Assembly (NCBI GenBank): GCA_013265495.1
Contig: MU058781.1
Location: 2,706,158-2,770,157, forward strand
Origin: Vicugna vicugna
Taxonomy: Eukaryota
Direction of reading: 5' to 3'
DNA: 64,000 bases
A model generated the notes under the pieces. That model did not search any database. It was not told the origin of the DNA and saw only the letters and a list, made by a program, of their open reading frames with translations. Of this stretch, positions 25,291-38,602 are shown in pieces; the first letter of the stretch is position 1, and each line of letters begins with the position of its first letter. The translations under genes were made by a program, and so were the position numbers.

Positions 25291-27587
25291 GACTTTGTGA
25301 ATGACAAAATAAAAACTGATATTACATTCCTCCATGAGATAGTCTTTGATCTCTTAAGGCAGAGTATCAAACTATTCCTTAGCAATTTGGCCTCTGAGAG
25401 AAAAAATTCCCACTTCAAGGCACAGTTGTCTTATGTCTCATTTTTCAGCCTGTACATTGGAATCTGATAACACCTAGGATCTGAAGCACAGGGTTTACCA
25501 TAACGTATCCATAAAGAAGCTCAAGGAAAATCCCAGCCTTTGGGTTCTTTTCGTTACTGTATACTTAGAGCTTCAGGCACTTTTAGTTATTTGAAAGTGA
25601 ATAATAAAACCCTAGAGGTTTCACCTATTTGTCTGGATTAGTATGTTTATTCCTATGACAATTATTATATTACTCCTGTAATTCCAAACAGCAACCAGAA
25701 TGCTCCCAGAGTAGGTATCACGTTTTTAGTGAATAACTTTTTTACTTAACCACAGAAATTGGCCCACTACATGCCACTAGGCTTCTGTTTGTCTTCTTTC
25801 TCAAAGGCCACATGTGAACTCCAACCAAAAAGTTCTTACCAGCTAGGGGCAGCCAAGGGAAAGGGCCAGTTTATCAACAGGTGATCAATAGGTAACTTTT
25901 ATCAAGGGTTGTCCTGGGTCAAGAACCTGTCATCTGTTGTCTCAGATTCAAGGTTCATAACAGCCCTGTAATATATATATTATTACTATTTTAACTTATT
26001 TTTTATTATTACTATTTATAGGTCATCAAAGAGAGCCTAAGAGAAGTTACATCATTTACCACATAACTAGTAAATAGGAAGAGATGCAGCCAAAGCTCTA
26101 TAGAGTCCAAAGCCCTTGCTTGTTCTGTTCACTAGAACATGTTATCACATGAGAGTAGAAATTTGATAAAACAAGGGGTGACAGTGGGTTTTTAACAGAG
26201 TCCTTCCAGGCTCCTTAGAACATGGCACTCACAATGGAAAAGCCCAATCCTCTGGACTTCCAGGGTTTCCAGGTGGACAGATTAACTGAGCATCTCAAGG
26301 GTGAGTCCCACTGGTCTGGAGAGAGATCAAAGGAGATGTGAGCTGGTGCCAACCCCGCCAGCCCTCCACTGAGGTCACCTGCCGGGAGAAGCGCGTGATC
26401 TGTCTTATTCTGCAGTGAAGTCAGGGATTTGTTTTTTTTCTCAGCAGCCCAGATTTTCCAAGGGTCCTGTTTTCACTGACCAAACTTTCAGCCTTCACTA
26501 CTTTCAGAAGCTCCTTATTTGTAACTTTCTTCCCTTTTTGCTTGGTGGGGCTGGAATGAGGAAAGAACACATCCAGACTTTCCGGGTGGGTCAGCGGTGG
26601 TAAAATGAGTCCTTTCCCAGCAGAGTCCTTCAGGGCAGAGCCTGGCTGAGAGCTGACCTAATCTCACAGACCGATTGACAAACAAATAAACAAAGGAGGA
26701 GTTTTTACTAGTGGCCATAACACGAGAGCAAACAGAGAAGCAGCTGGAAGTCAAGAAGTCACTGGCAACTCTTCTGCAGTCACGCAGCCCTACTGGCCTT
26801 AAACTTGGAAGCATCTAGGAACAGTCCTTCAAGCTGTTACAGGTCACTCCATTTCACCTGCCCAGCATAAGGCCATAAACATAGCCCTAAACACAGCAGG
26901 GAAAAATGAAGGAAGAGATTGTCTCTGGGCCGCCACCTCACACCCAACACCCCAGCAGAGTTGCAGTTATCAGCTGTCAGTCACCTGACACTTTCCTACA
27001 AGGAATATTTACTCTTTGGCAGGTGAAGTGGGGAATGCCTCCAGTACTGATTTAGTCTTGGCATGTTTATTTCCTCTTGTGCAGTTCAACTTCATGTGTA
27101 TTTCTCTCTCCAATTCGAATTGATGAATTATTTAATCAAGCAAGCCCTTAACAAGACCCCTTCCATTCCAGACGCTGCTTGCATGTTGCCATGATGATGG
27201 TCTATGATGCAGGTAACAGTCTGGCCTGGAGGCAGCATGGAGGTCTCTGGGCTGCTCTCAAGTCCTGCGTCCCTTGGGATTCTGGCATCAGTGCCACCTC
27301 CAAGGAGACCAGAGGACTCTGGTCACCTTTTGTTGAGGGGAGGGGGCTGGGGGCTAAAGAGACTCTGCCCTTCTCTGGGGACTGTTGATGGGCTGCCTCT
27401 CCCCGTAACCTCATCCGCGGGAGGTCTACTCATCAGTGATACATTGACCCTTGGGAAGATCAAAGTGCATCAGGATGGCGGCAATTCACTCTTGTGTTTT
27501 ATCAGTGGTTTGGCTTTGTCGAGGTGGGGAGAGGAGACATTTTAATGCACTTCGCTTCCCTTGGGCTGCTTTCATGAATAAAAATGT

Positions 27588-27985
27588 GCATTCATTCATT
27601 CATCCCACATTAATTAAGCATCCGTGTGGCAGGCCCTGGGCTGGGTACTGCAGTCACTGAAATGATTGAGAAGCAGTTTCCGTCCTTAAACTCTTGCAAT
27701 CAAGGGGGCCAGTCAAGTATATGTGCAACTTCAGTGCAGGATGTGAACCATGGGTCACAGGTTCAGTGAGCCTGTGACCCCAGAGGTGGGATGCATCACT
27801 GAGGGCTGGGGGAAATGGCACAGGAGGCCCCAGGATGGGGCTGTTGGTAAGGCTAGAGGAGAGGGTGTTCTGGCAAGAGGGGATGGCATCATCTTCATTG
27901 GGGGATTTGATGAAAAAGGGAGCCTTAGAAAAGAGCTAGACTGAATTGTCTAAGGTGTTTGGACTTTATCCTGAAGCTGCAAGTC
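27588..27985 (-). mobile_element. decayed L2
   Basis: cattcattcattcat...attaagcatccgtgtggcaggccctgggctgggtactg...taaggtgtttggactttatcctgaag. Confidence 0.6.
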
Positions 27986-30900
27986 CTGTCTTTCTTTTTT
28001 TTTTTTTAATTTTTTTTTGAAGTACAGGAGTGATGAGCTTTGTACTTTATTTCCCTCCCTTATTAACCTAAGGTAATGCACAGTCATTTCTGCCAGGCTG
28101 GTCCCCACCCCACAGTGAGAATGGCTCTGAGATAGGGGCTGCATGCTCCTAGGTGTCACCTCCTTTATTCACCATTCCCCTACCAGTGACAAGGAAATCT
28201 GGCTGCAGGTTCTTCAAATACCAGCTGAATATCTGAGGCCATATCTTCTATGGTTGTAACAGGCAGGGAGTCTCAAACTTCTCGCAGCTTCTAGTGACTT
28301 CCACACTGGCTTGGTCAATATGTATTCTACCTGTCTAACCAGCTGGAATGTACAATTGCATTTCATACATCCTTTGGGGACGATGAGGGGCTTTGCCTGG
28401 TAACCTCAACCACACTAAAGAAAGCTGGGAATAAGAGCATTTCCAAATGTATAAAATCAATGCCATTAAACCCATGCTCCAGACATTGTTGGGATGTATT
28501 CAGTTATTCAGTCCTTTACTTGGCGGCTGATCTGCTTATGTTAAACACAACTGGGACAAGCCTGGCATTTTCCATTTTTGGCCCAGGGCAGATTAGAAGT
28601 AACAGGTGAGAGTGAGGGGGAAAGACCCACCCCATAGCACCAGGCAGAAAGGAGAGTTCACAAGGCACCACCACCAGGGAGAGGGGGAAGAAGGTCTCAG
28701 ACCTCCCCTTAGCCCTGGGGGTATTTCTGTCCAGTGGAGCAACAATTTTCATTGTTTCACTGAAAGAATCATTTTCATAGTCATCATGTAAAGGTGACTT
28801 ATGTTTGCTGTGCTGTGTTTAATAAGGGAGGGACATGTGCAGTAGACTCTAGAAAAAAATTCCATGAAAATGATTATAATATAAAAATGTTGATGCTGCA
28901 GAAAACACATTTCAGTTGTCCAGAAATTTCCTTTATGAGAACTACATCACTCTCCAATGCTACAGATGAATGAAGCACATTTCTGTGCTTGTAATTTACA
29001 CTGAGTTAGCGTCACGTGATGTAGCTGAAATGGCCTCTACAGTTTCCTTACAAATGGAATTCTAAACCTGTCCATTTCCACAGTATCAGCTTCCTCTATG
29101 GAGAGCCAAATGCTTAGAAAGGGCTCCTTTACCCCTTTTTACACTAAGGGCAAGTGAAGATCACTAAGGCTAACTCAAGGGTTTTTCTTGACACTTGCAA
29201 GAAAACCAAGAAGACACCATTTCCTCCCGTCTTCCCCAGGACTGAATTGGGAATGGTTGTGTCACAGCGTTAGCTGCCTAGCAATACCTGTTTTTAAATC
29301 AAGAGACTAATGGATCCCACATACATCAGCATTCAGTGAGAGGCTGCTGTGCTCACGCTCAGTGAACTTTGCGCAGGTGAGATATCGGTGGAGGTGAGAC
29401 TCTGACCCCCTCACGGCTGGGTCAGCTGGGATCCTTGGTTGACAGCCTCTGAGCTTGAAAAGCATGGTTGGGGCAGAGCTATTAAAAAAAAACAAAAACT
29501 CTCTAGGACCTCTTATTTAGTCCTTTTTAACACTTTATGCTGGCAAAAAGCTCTTAAATTCTATTCTCTTCAGCAATCAATTTTTCTTTTCAATTTAAAA
29601 ATGCTTTTAAATATACTACTGTCTTCCATAAAATCTCCACTTTCTTCTTACTTTGGATTCTCACTTAAAAAAAAAAAAGCCACAGTCAGGGAATGGCAAG
29701 TCAGTGTTTCTGTTCATGGAGTTAATGACACAGAACCCTCTTCATTGCATAACATGGTTTATCTGAAGTCTCCTTCTGCTAAAATAGTAGCAAAATCTAA
29801 AGGGGAAAATAAAAGTGTTACTTCTTTTTTCAGGTTTACCAGCATCTTTCAAGTCCTTCAGTGTTGCTTCGGACAAATGGTTGCCTTGTTGAGGTCCAAA
29901 CTCTCGTGCTGGCTCAAGTCAGGGTTTTAGATTATTTTTGTTCGGTGACCCTCTGTTTTCCCAGCCTGGCTTTGAAGCGAGTCAGAGCAGCCCTTACCGG
30001 AGAGAGCACAAGGCCAGGGACTGAGCCCCACACTCAGACCACTAAGCATCTTCACGTTTCTTCCTCCACCAATGACACGAGCCTAACCTGCCTCCCCGCC
30101 CTGCTTCTCTTGCAGGGTGGTGCGTAGCCAGTGGGAGACCACATGTGAAAGCACTTTCTAAAGCATAAGCCTCTATGTCACAGGGAGAAAAGGTTTTGTT
30201 ATCTGGGCTTGTAATGAACTGGAACTCACAGGAGTTGAATGTGCCCTTCCTTTTCCTTGAGCGATTGTTAGAATTAACCTCCAACCCAGAAAACCCGCAG
30301 AGGTCCTCTGTGCATTTTTTAGATACAATGTCGAGTTCTGTGCTTCTTATCATTGGATACGAAATTGGCTCTCTGGAGAAACAGGCGGGACGATAGAGTC
30401 ATCGGCTGTATCGCCTTAGACATCCACCCTGGGTGTTGTCAGAAGCAGGTGGAAGACTATCAGGAAAGTCCATCTGCAGCTGCTTGACACCTGAAATGTT
30501 TTCTCTGTGCACAAATTCTGCTTTCCTTGTATTTGCAAAAGGTCTGTGAGACAGCCAGCTGCTTCTGATGGGGATTCCGTGGGCACTGTTGTAATGAGTC
30601 ATATTGTACAGAAACATACACATTTATCTTTTGGTCCAGTAGGACGGCTAACACATTTCTGATGGGAGAGATTGAGACTGCAGGAGTCTGTGATAAGAAT
30701 TCAACCGTCCTGGCATTTGCAACCTTGAGTCCGCAGATTTGGGTGGATCTTTCCTTTGCCCCAGTTTGCCTTTCTCTCATCTGCTTTGCTAAGCTCCCAG
30801 CTGGCTGGTATTTCTAGTGCCTCCCTGTCGTTGACTGGAGTTGGGGATGTGTTTGGCTTTTCACTGATTGTAACTGATTATTAGCTCTGCTGGGTAGGTT

Positions 30901-32631
30901 ATCATTTGATGTTAGTGGCCTTGCAGGGGCTTCGAGATGCCCAGGCTTGATAAGACCTTCTGAGGCTGTTCTCCCGGGGGGGGGGGGACCTCCAGGGAGA
31001 TGAGATGGCATCCAGGCCCCACAGTGGGGCCAACCTATTTTGCTGCAGAGGAAATGCCAGGCAGTAGAGGGCAGGGAGGGTGCCCTGTGTCCCTGCCTTC
31101 AGTCTGGCTTCCTGAACTGACACCAGGAACCTCACGCAGCTAAAATCCTTGAGGAGACAAGGTTCAGGTTTCATGTAGAGCTGTCCTATTTGGTGAAAAG
31201 CAGCAGCCTGTTCTCACCTATTTTGGACCACTCCCCGGGCTGCCCGAGGGAACCCTGCCACCTGTTGTGCAAACTGCTCATCGAGGAGAGTTAAGGGAAG
31301 GACAGTTTTGGAGATGCCTCCAGAGTCAGGCTGCGGACAGACTGCCTGTTGAGAGTTCTTGTGGGGCGGATGCAACGTGGACTCTGGGAGGAGTGGGAGG
31401 GGTTAGGGGACCAGAGCGAGAGAGAGATGTGGACGATGGAAAGGACCACTGCCCCCACTTGTGCCCCTGAGTCGTGAGGACTCCAGCACAGGGGCAGTGC
31501 ACATGCCTGCAGAGCAGGTCTAAGGAACATGCTTCAGCCCTAACATGCTGTCACAAACGGTCTGAGTGAGGCCAACAGGAGTGCACTCTTTCTTAGGAAG
31601 CCTGATGCCCCCGAGGGTACACATGCAGAAAGAACCTTGTCTAGTTAGTTTCAACTTGTTCCAAATTTCTAAGCATTCAATACAAATTATTTTGAAAGCC
31701 ATTGGGCTGGTAACAGCACTAGTGTGAAACTGGTCCCCCTTTCAGTGGCCTGGGCCCCACATTTTGTGCATCTCTCTACCCTCCTGGCCAGCTCTCCGTC
31801 CCCTCTATCTAGTTGCTCAGGGGTTATCTCTTCATTTCTTCGAACAATACCCACCCCCAGTCAAAGCCTGTTCATAGGAAAAGAGCCTAAACCAAGTCTA
31901 TTCACACTAAAAAGATCAATATATTACCTCTTCCAATAATCTTGGCATGTTATCCTTATGAAGGGAAAGAAGATTCAAGTCAAAGGAAAACGTATCTAAC
32001 AGTAAAGTTACAAGGGAAAAGGAACAAGCAGTTATTGAGTGCCCACTATGTCCCCAGTATCATGTTGTGCCCATAGTCCAATTTAATCTTCAATTCAATT
32101 CTATACAGAGGCAATCTTACATTCATTTACCCAAGGAAGAAAATGAGAGTCACCTCTCGAAAGGTATATAATGATTTCAGCCTGAAATTGCTTCTGGATT
32201 TAATTGTTAGGGGTCTAGGATTACATGGAGGTATCTCAGGCCACCACTAGGAAATGGGAAGCTGGGGGAATGAGGATCTGGAATTTAGGTCCTTCTCTCC
32301 AGAACAGGGCCGCTTGCATACATTTTGAATATTGGATTTCAGGGAAGCTTCTGTATTAAGAGTTCAACTGAAAAGCAAAATTCCAAAAATAACTTTTTTG
32401 GCAAAGGCCAAATAACTTCTTTTGAAGGGATTTAAGCAGGGATATAACATGGTCATTAAAAATACATATATCATCCTATGTGTGGGGTGCGTGGGGAATG
32501 GATTGGTCCAGAAATAATTCTCCAGGGGAGAGGCAGAGAGGGCCTGAACTAAGGAAGTAACAGAGGGCATGGAAACAAAAGAACGGATGCGAGTGATGCC
32601 AGGGAGGTGACCCTGCTAGATTCTGGAGACT

Positions 32632-32791
32632 CCAAGCATGGTCCTGGGACCAGTGGTCTCAGCATCACTTAGGAGATTCTAAGAAAGGTAAATTCTCAGG
32701 CCCCACCCTAGCTGTACTGAATCAGAATCTGCACTTCAACATGACCCCCAAGTGATCCACATGCCTCCCACTTGAAATTTCAGAAGCACTG
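32632..32791. mobile_element. MER5A DNA transposon
   Basis: cagcatcactt...aaattctcaggccccaccct...tactgaatcagaatctgcac...agaagcactg. Confidence 0.85.
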
Positions 32792-35332
32792 CTTTAAGGC
32801 TGCCTGCCTAGCAGGGTAAAACGAGGAAAGACTATACGGTGATGACTTTGACCCTGTGGTTCGGGCACAACAGCTCAGTGGTTATGGGGAGAACTTTCTA
32901 GTACCACATCTAAGTGAGCTGGCAATAATGGCACTGTTTGTTTTTAAGGTCCTATTTGCTTTCTTCTTATACTCTCCTTTCCTTTGTTGGTACAGATTTC
33001 TTCAAGCATCCAGGCCATTTTCCCTGACTTTGGGTGTCCTACTGAATTGGTCCACTGTAAACCTTTTATGTCTAGACTAATCTTGTCTTTCTTTTTTTCT
33101 CCCCTGATGACACTTTCTTATCTAATGTCTTATTCTCTCAGGGCTTGTTAATTTAAGCTAAATGCTGATGACAAGTAATACTCAGATATTTTACTTCTTC
33201 AAAGAAATATTTCAGTATTAACAGAGCTTTAATTTAAAGTCACTAGAGATGAGAGTATTTTGAGCTCACTAAATCCTCAAGTTAATGAGGAAACACTTGG
33301 AGGCACAGGGGTCTTTAAGATTCCCTAAACCAGCCAATGTCGTCTTCTGTTGCTCCTGAGCACGTGCCTCGTGCTCCTGAAATTCTTGATCTCGGAGGAC
33401 TGTGTTCATTCATACCTGGAATGCGATCCCCTCTGCACCCCTGCCGCCTCCAGGCTGAGCTCCGTGCCCCCACCTGTGTGGCCTCCTTGGGCCATACCTC
33501 CACCACACTGCACTCTAAATTGTTGATTTACACGTCCCTCCCACACTTGATTCTGTGTCTTTTCATCTTTATACCCTCAAAGCATAACAGAGTGCCTTGC
33601 TCATACTGGAGGCACAATAAATATTTGTTAAATGAGTCAATGAAAGAATGTATGACTGTGGATGAGGCTGGTTTGGGGGTTGGATGGGTTCTGGGAGTCA
33701 GAACAGTAGTGTGTTCAGCAGTTTGGGGTCAGAACTCCTGAGCTTCCGGATGTACGCTGAGCTATTCTGTGTTCTGAATGGGTTTTGAGTATCTCTGAAT
33801 TACTCCTAGTACCCTAGTGGGCTGTTTTGTCGAAGCGTAAGCTAGACTATTCCCCCCCACCCCCACCTTAACTTTATGGGCAAGCATTGAAGCTTCCTGC
33901 TCAGTGTTATTTCCGAGAAACTTAACAAAGACTGTAAAGTGGGTTTGGTCACTTATTTTCACTTTTATGGGTGCTTTATTCTTCGTTGCAGAGGTATTTT
34001 TACTATGTTTTTACTTGTTGAACACTTAGAGCCCAAGGAACAATAGACTCACCCATAGCACAGGACAGCTCTGCCACCTCTGTTTACTGAGGGATTCCTG
34101 GACTTAAGCAGTGATGCCCTGTTACATGGTCTCGCTGCCCCAAACGAACTCCATGACAATACAAGGAATGTTAAAAATACCATAGTGAGAAAATGCTTTT
34201 GTGGTAGCTTCAGCTTGAAGGACACATTTCTCCTGATCTTAACTTAATCTTTCTACAAAAGGAGGAAACAAAGACAGATCCCTGGGAACAAAGAGTAATA
34301 GACGCTGTGTGTGCACACAAATGGACACGTGCACTTGTCCCCACGATCCTCTGCTGTTGTAAACAGAGACTATAATTGATCCTGACTGGCAAACAAGCCT
34401 TTTGGTTTATCTTTTAATTCTTCTCTACAATGATCCTCTGAACATAGCCTACTGATTACTTTTCCTAGTCCTTCGTTCTCCATTAAAATACCTCTGAAAT
34501 TTAGTTCTCACTCTTATACTCCCAGTCCACACACTAGCCATCACCTTTATTCCAATTCTCCATTTTCCCATAGCTCCACTTAGTGTTACACGTGGGTCTT
34601 TTCTGGTCATTATCACATATATTTTATATAAGAACATTGAGAGTATCAACTTTGAAAATGAACCCCAAATTTATTTTCAGCCGTTTCTTTCTCAAGCCAT
34701 GGAAACATTGCTTGGCTCACTGAAAATCATAAGTGAGCCACCTCCTGTTGGGCTGCAGTGGCCCCTTGTGCACTCCTGGAGAGAAATGTCCCGATTTCCT
34801 GCTCTGATCATCAGAAGCTGATGGCAGGCCCATGGTCAAGATGGAGTTAATCTGAAGATGAACAGGGGTCCTGGAAATGATGCTCATTAAAAGGAAGGAG
34901 GCACCAAAGACCCACTCTGCCTCTTTCACAATGTTTCTTGGAGCCAGTTCCAACTTCAGTTATAACTCAAGAGGCTTCATTGAATTTCCTCTGGTATTGG
35001 CTATAGTTTTGCCAATTCCCACAACAACATTCTTTCAGCTGTAACAGAATTTTTGACCAAGTGGAATCTAAGATTGACCTCTAGAAGGCAAAGTCTGCCT
35101 GAAAGGATTGCTATATTTTCATGCTTCTATGTGCGTGTCTTGAGTTCAAATAAAAGATTCATAACCCATAGCGAATTTGGGTCACCACTGCCATTTAATC
35201 AATGCAACTGATCAAAGTAGATTGCAATAGAAAAGTGAGTGTCTGGCTATGGTGTAATCATGGTAAAGCAACAAATCTTAACATCATTACATGAACAAGT
35301 TATTATGGAATAGCCAAATAAAAGGAGGGGAA

Positions 35333-35386
35333 GAAAAAAGGAAGGAAGGAAGGAAGGAAGGAAGGAAGGAAGGAAGGAAGGAAGGA

Positions 35387-35434
<48 letters not shown>

Positions 35435-35470
35435 AAAAGAAAGAAAGAAAGGAAGGAAGAAAGAAAGAAA
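35333..35470 (+). repeat. compound (GAAG)n(GAAA)n microsatellite
   Basis: Directly visible pure-purine tetranucleotide arrays. Confidence 0.98.
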
Positions 35471-37947
35471 GACTATGCCCAAATGAAAAGTGCATCAATT
35501 CCATCTTAGTGACAATAAAAGATACTTTTTTTTTAATACTGTGCCTGAATGGGCACAAATATATTATACTGGGAGTCCTTCATTTCATTAAAAAAAAAAT
35601 CATAGGGGCAGACTGCATTTCAAATCCCATACTGAAAAGAATATTATTCCGTGCTTTATTTTATTTCCTTTCCTTTCTTTTCCTTTTCTTGGTCTGTGTG
35701 TGTTTGTGTTTTGCTCTCTGGAAGATGACAGTTTGTATAGTTCAGTGACATAAATTATCTGAACAATTTCCTGGAGGAGTTCCTGGCAAAAAGGCCACCT
35801 AGATCCTATGTTTCTTTCTTTGCTTCCAAGAGAACACTACGTGCCCTCCAGAGCCTGGAGCGTGTTATTATTATTATTATTCTCACATGCACGGTCAGCT
35901 GCTTAGAGACCCAGGAGGTAGAGTGTACTCTCCCACTGTCTCTCAGAATGGTCATGTCAGACTTTGTTTTTGCCCTTTAAGTTCTGCTACTCTGCCTCCA
36001 GTATTCGATAATTTAGGGAAAAGAGACTGCCAGTTATGCTCCTGGGCGATTAGGAAGTAAATACTACCCATGGCACGTGAGGATTTTAGAAATTCCTCTG
36101 TGTATCAGTTCCCACCCTGAAGAGTCTGTTTTGATTGTGTCTATCTTTGCTGGCATATCAACAAATAAGATACAAACATAGTTATTAATCATCCACCACC
36201 TTTTAAAAAGACACAATCATCTTGCTATTTAGCTTTTGCTGCTTTTAAGATCTGATGTGCATTTGTGGGAGGTTCTAGTGCTTTATTTTTTTGGCTCTAA
36301 ATCAGGGATGTTTGAACATTTACAGATGAGAGCTCAGCCAAGCCTGTAAACTGCAGAGGCTCCTTTCACCTGGCCAGAAAGTGGTGGCCCCACCAGTTTC
36401 TCCAGATTGGTCCTAATTGTCTCTTTCATAATTCCCCTGGAGGGCATACATATAAATACACTGAATGTGTCTGGAGGATAACAAATGTGGGCAAAATAGT
36501 CTCAACTTTAGGCAGTAGTGAGCCTTACTGAAGATGAGAATGGAATGGAATTACCCTCCTTTTTCCTTCTCAGTGGTCCAAAAAGTGGATTTGATGTTGT
36601 CTAATACCAGGCCTAAAACATGCGCAATACCAAACAGAAGAGCAAATTAAAACCATCAGTTTCTCCCCTAGGTGGTCACCCAGTCTCAAATATCCCATTT
36701 GTGTAACTAATACCATGACCCTTAGTATGATTTTGAACAGCTGACTTCCTTCACTTTCTAAGGCCGCGGGGCATCACTTGCTCATAATCATTACTACCAA
36801 GCACCCTGAAAAGGTTGGATGGGGGAAGCAGCCCCTCATCAGTTCGCCTGCCTTCAGCCTTCCTGGCTGCCGTCCACGTGGCTGCCAGAATGAGCTTCTG
36901 CAGGTGCTGTTTGCAGGGCATCGAGTGACACAAGACAAATTTCAGCCTATTTCTTTAGATCTCCAGCAACTGGCTTCATTTTTACTTCACTTTTCTCCTT
37001 CCTCTCTTACTTCTCCCCAACATGGTCCTTCTGCTTTCAACTCAGATTATCTGTTGCACTTCACTTCACGAGACTAGCTAGATATTTACCCTTAAGGCTT
37101 GCTCAAATCTTTCCACTCATCTGGAATTATCTCTTTTCTACTCTGTCTGCCTCTCTCAAGACCTAAATGCTTTATCCAGGAAACCACACTCTTTAATAAG
37201 GCTCCTATTTTGATGACCTCTTCACTCTGCTTCCTCTGTCCTCTAAGTTTTCAGTCTATTCAAGTTCAAGTCAATACTAAAACTTTTCCTACCAATGATA
37301 TTTTGTTTTATAATTGCTCACAAAGTACGAATGCATTTGGAATGTGCCTCAACCCAAATTCCCCCAACTCACGGCAGGAGCATGTCTCCTACCGTTCTTA
37401 ATGCCCACCCTAAATGTCATGTATGTATTTAGTATTCAATCAACGGATGTTCATAAGTACTAGGGCTGCGGATACAACAGTGAGGAGCACAAACCTTGTC
37501 CTTACCCTCAAGGGCCAGTAGGATTGGGCTTATAGAGTTAACATCCCTGGGACATAAAGGGAAAATTAGGCACATATTTTCCAAAGAAATAAGAAAGCAT
37601 ATGTGATGGCATCACACATTGTGGCAGAAGTGATGGGAGAATAAGATCCAATTATTTTATGATGTGACAAAGCAATTAGAAAACAATATGGGGCCACTGG
37701 AGACAGGCCATCTGCCAAATTCTGTAGACCTACTATGTCCTCTCAAAATAGTAGGACCAGTCTTCTTGGGGGTCGGAAATATTCTACATTTAGATCTGGG
37801 TTATGGCTACACAGGTGTATATTTATATAAAAATTCATCAAATTTTACGCATTATCAATAAAAAAGGTAGTTGTTTTTTTAAATTGAAAAAAGAAAAATG
37901 GTAAGCAAAAAAGCAAAGTGAAAACTTGGCTTTTGGTATGTCCTTTT

Positions 37948-38602
37948 TTTTTAACATTTTTTATTGATTTATAATCATTTTACACTGTTGTGTCAAATTC
38001 CAGTGTTCAGCACAATTTTTCAGTCATTCATGGACATATACACACTCATTGTCACATTTTTTTCTCTGTGAGTTATCATAACATTTTGTATATATTTCCC
38101 TGTGCTATACAGTGTAATCTTGTTTATCTATTCTACAATTTTGAAATCCCAGTCTATTCCTTCCCACCCTCTACCCCCCTGGTAACCACAAGTCTGTATT
38201 CTCTGTCCATGAGTCTTTAGATTCCACATATGAGCGATCTCATATGGTATTTTTCTTTCTCTTTCTGGCTTACTTCACTTAGAATGACATTCTCTAGGAG
38301 CATCCATGTTGCTGCAAATGGCGTTATGTTGTCGGTTTTTATGGCTGAGTAGTATTCCATTGTATAAATATACCACATCTTCTTTATCCAGTCACCTGTT
38401 GATGGACATTTAGGCTGTTTCCATGTTTTGGCTATTGTAAATAGTGCTGCTATGAACATTGGAGTGCAGGTGTCATCCTGAAGTAGATTTCCTTCTGGAG
38501 ACAAGCCCAGGAGTGGGATTCCTAGGTCATATGGTAAGTCTATTCCTAGTCTTTTGAGGAATCTCCACACTGTTTTCCATAGTGGCTGCACCAAACTGCA
38601 TT
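37948..38602 (-). mobile_element. young 5'-truncated camelid L1 with open ORF2 C-terminus
   Basis: ORF 38217-38594 ([15 protein letters not shown]...CTPMFIAALFTIAKTWKQPKCPS...) is the L1 ORF2 C-terminus; perfect 18-bp TSD CTTTTGGTATGTCCTTTT at 37930-37947 and 38603-38620. Confidence 0.97.

Noticed and set aside
27990..28027. Poly-T plus ttgaagtacag, possible minimal L1 tail
   Set aside because: Too short and no clear TSD.
29439..29930. 163-aa ORF
   Set aside because: Non-ATG start, runs through poly-A/poly-T tracts, no recognisable homology.
35247..35558. ORFs with FLSF/RKE repeats on both strands
   Set aside because: Translations of the microsatellite.
38217..38594. 125-aa ORF as a host gene
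   Set aside because: It is the L1 ORF2 C-terminus in a truncated insertion.
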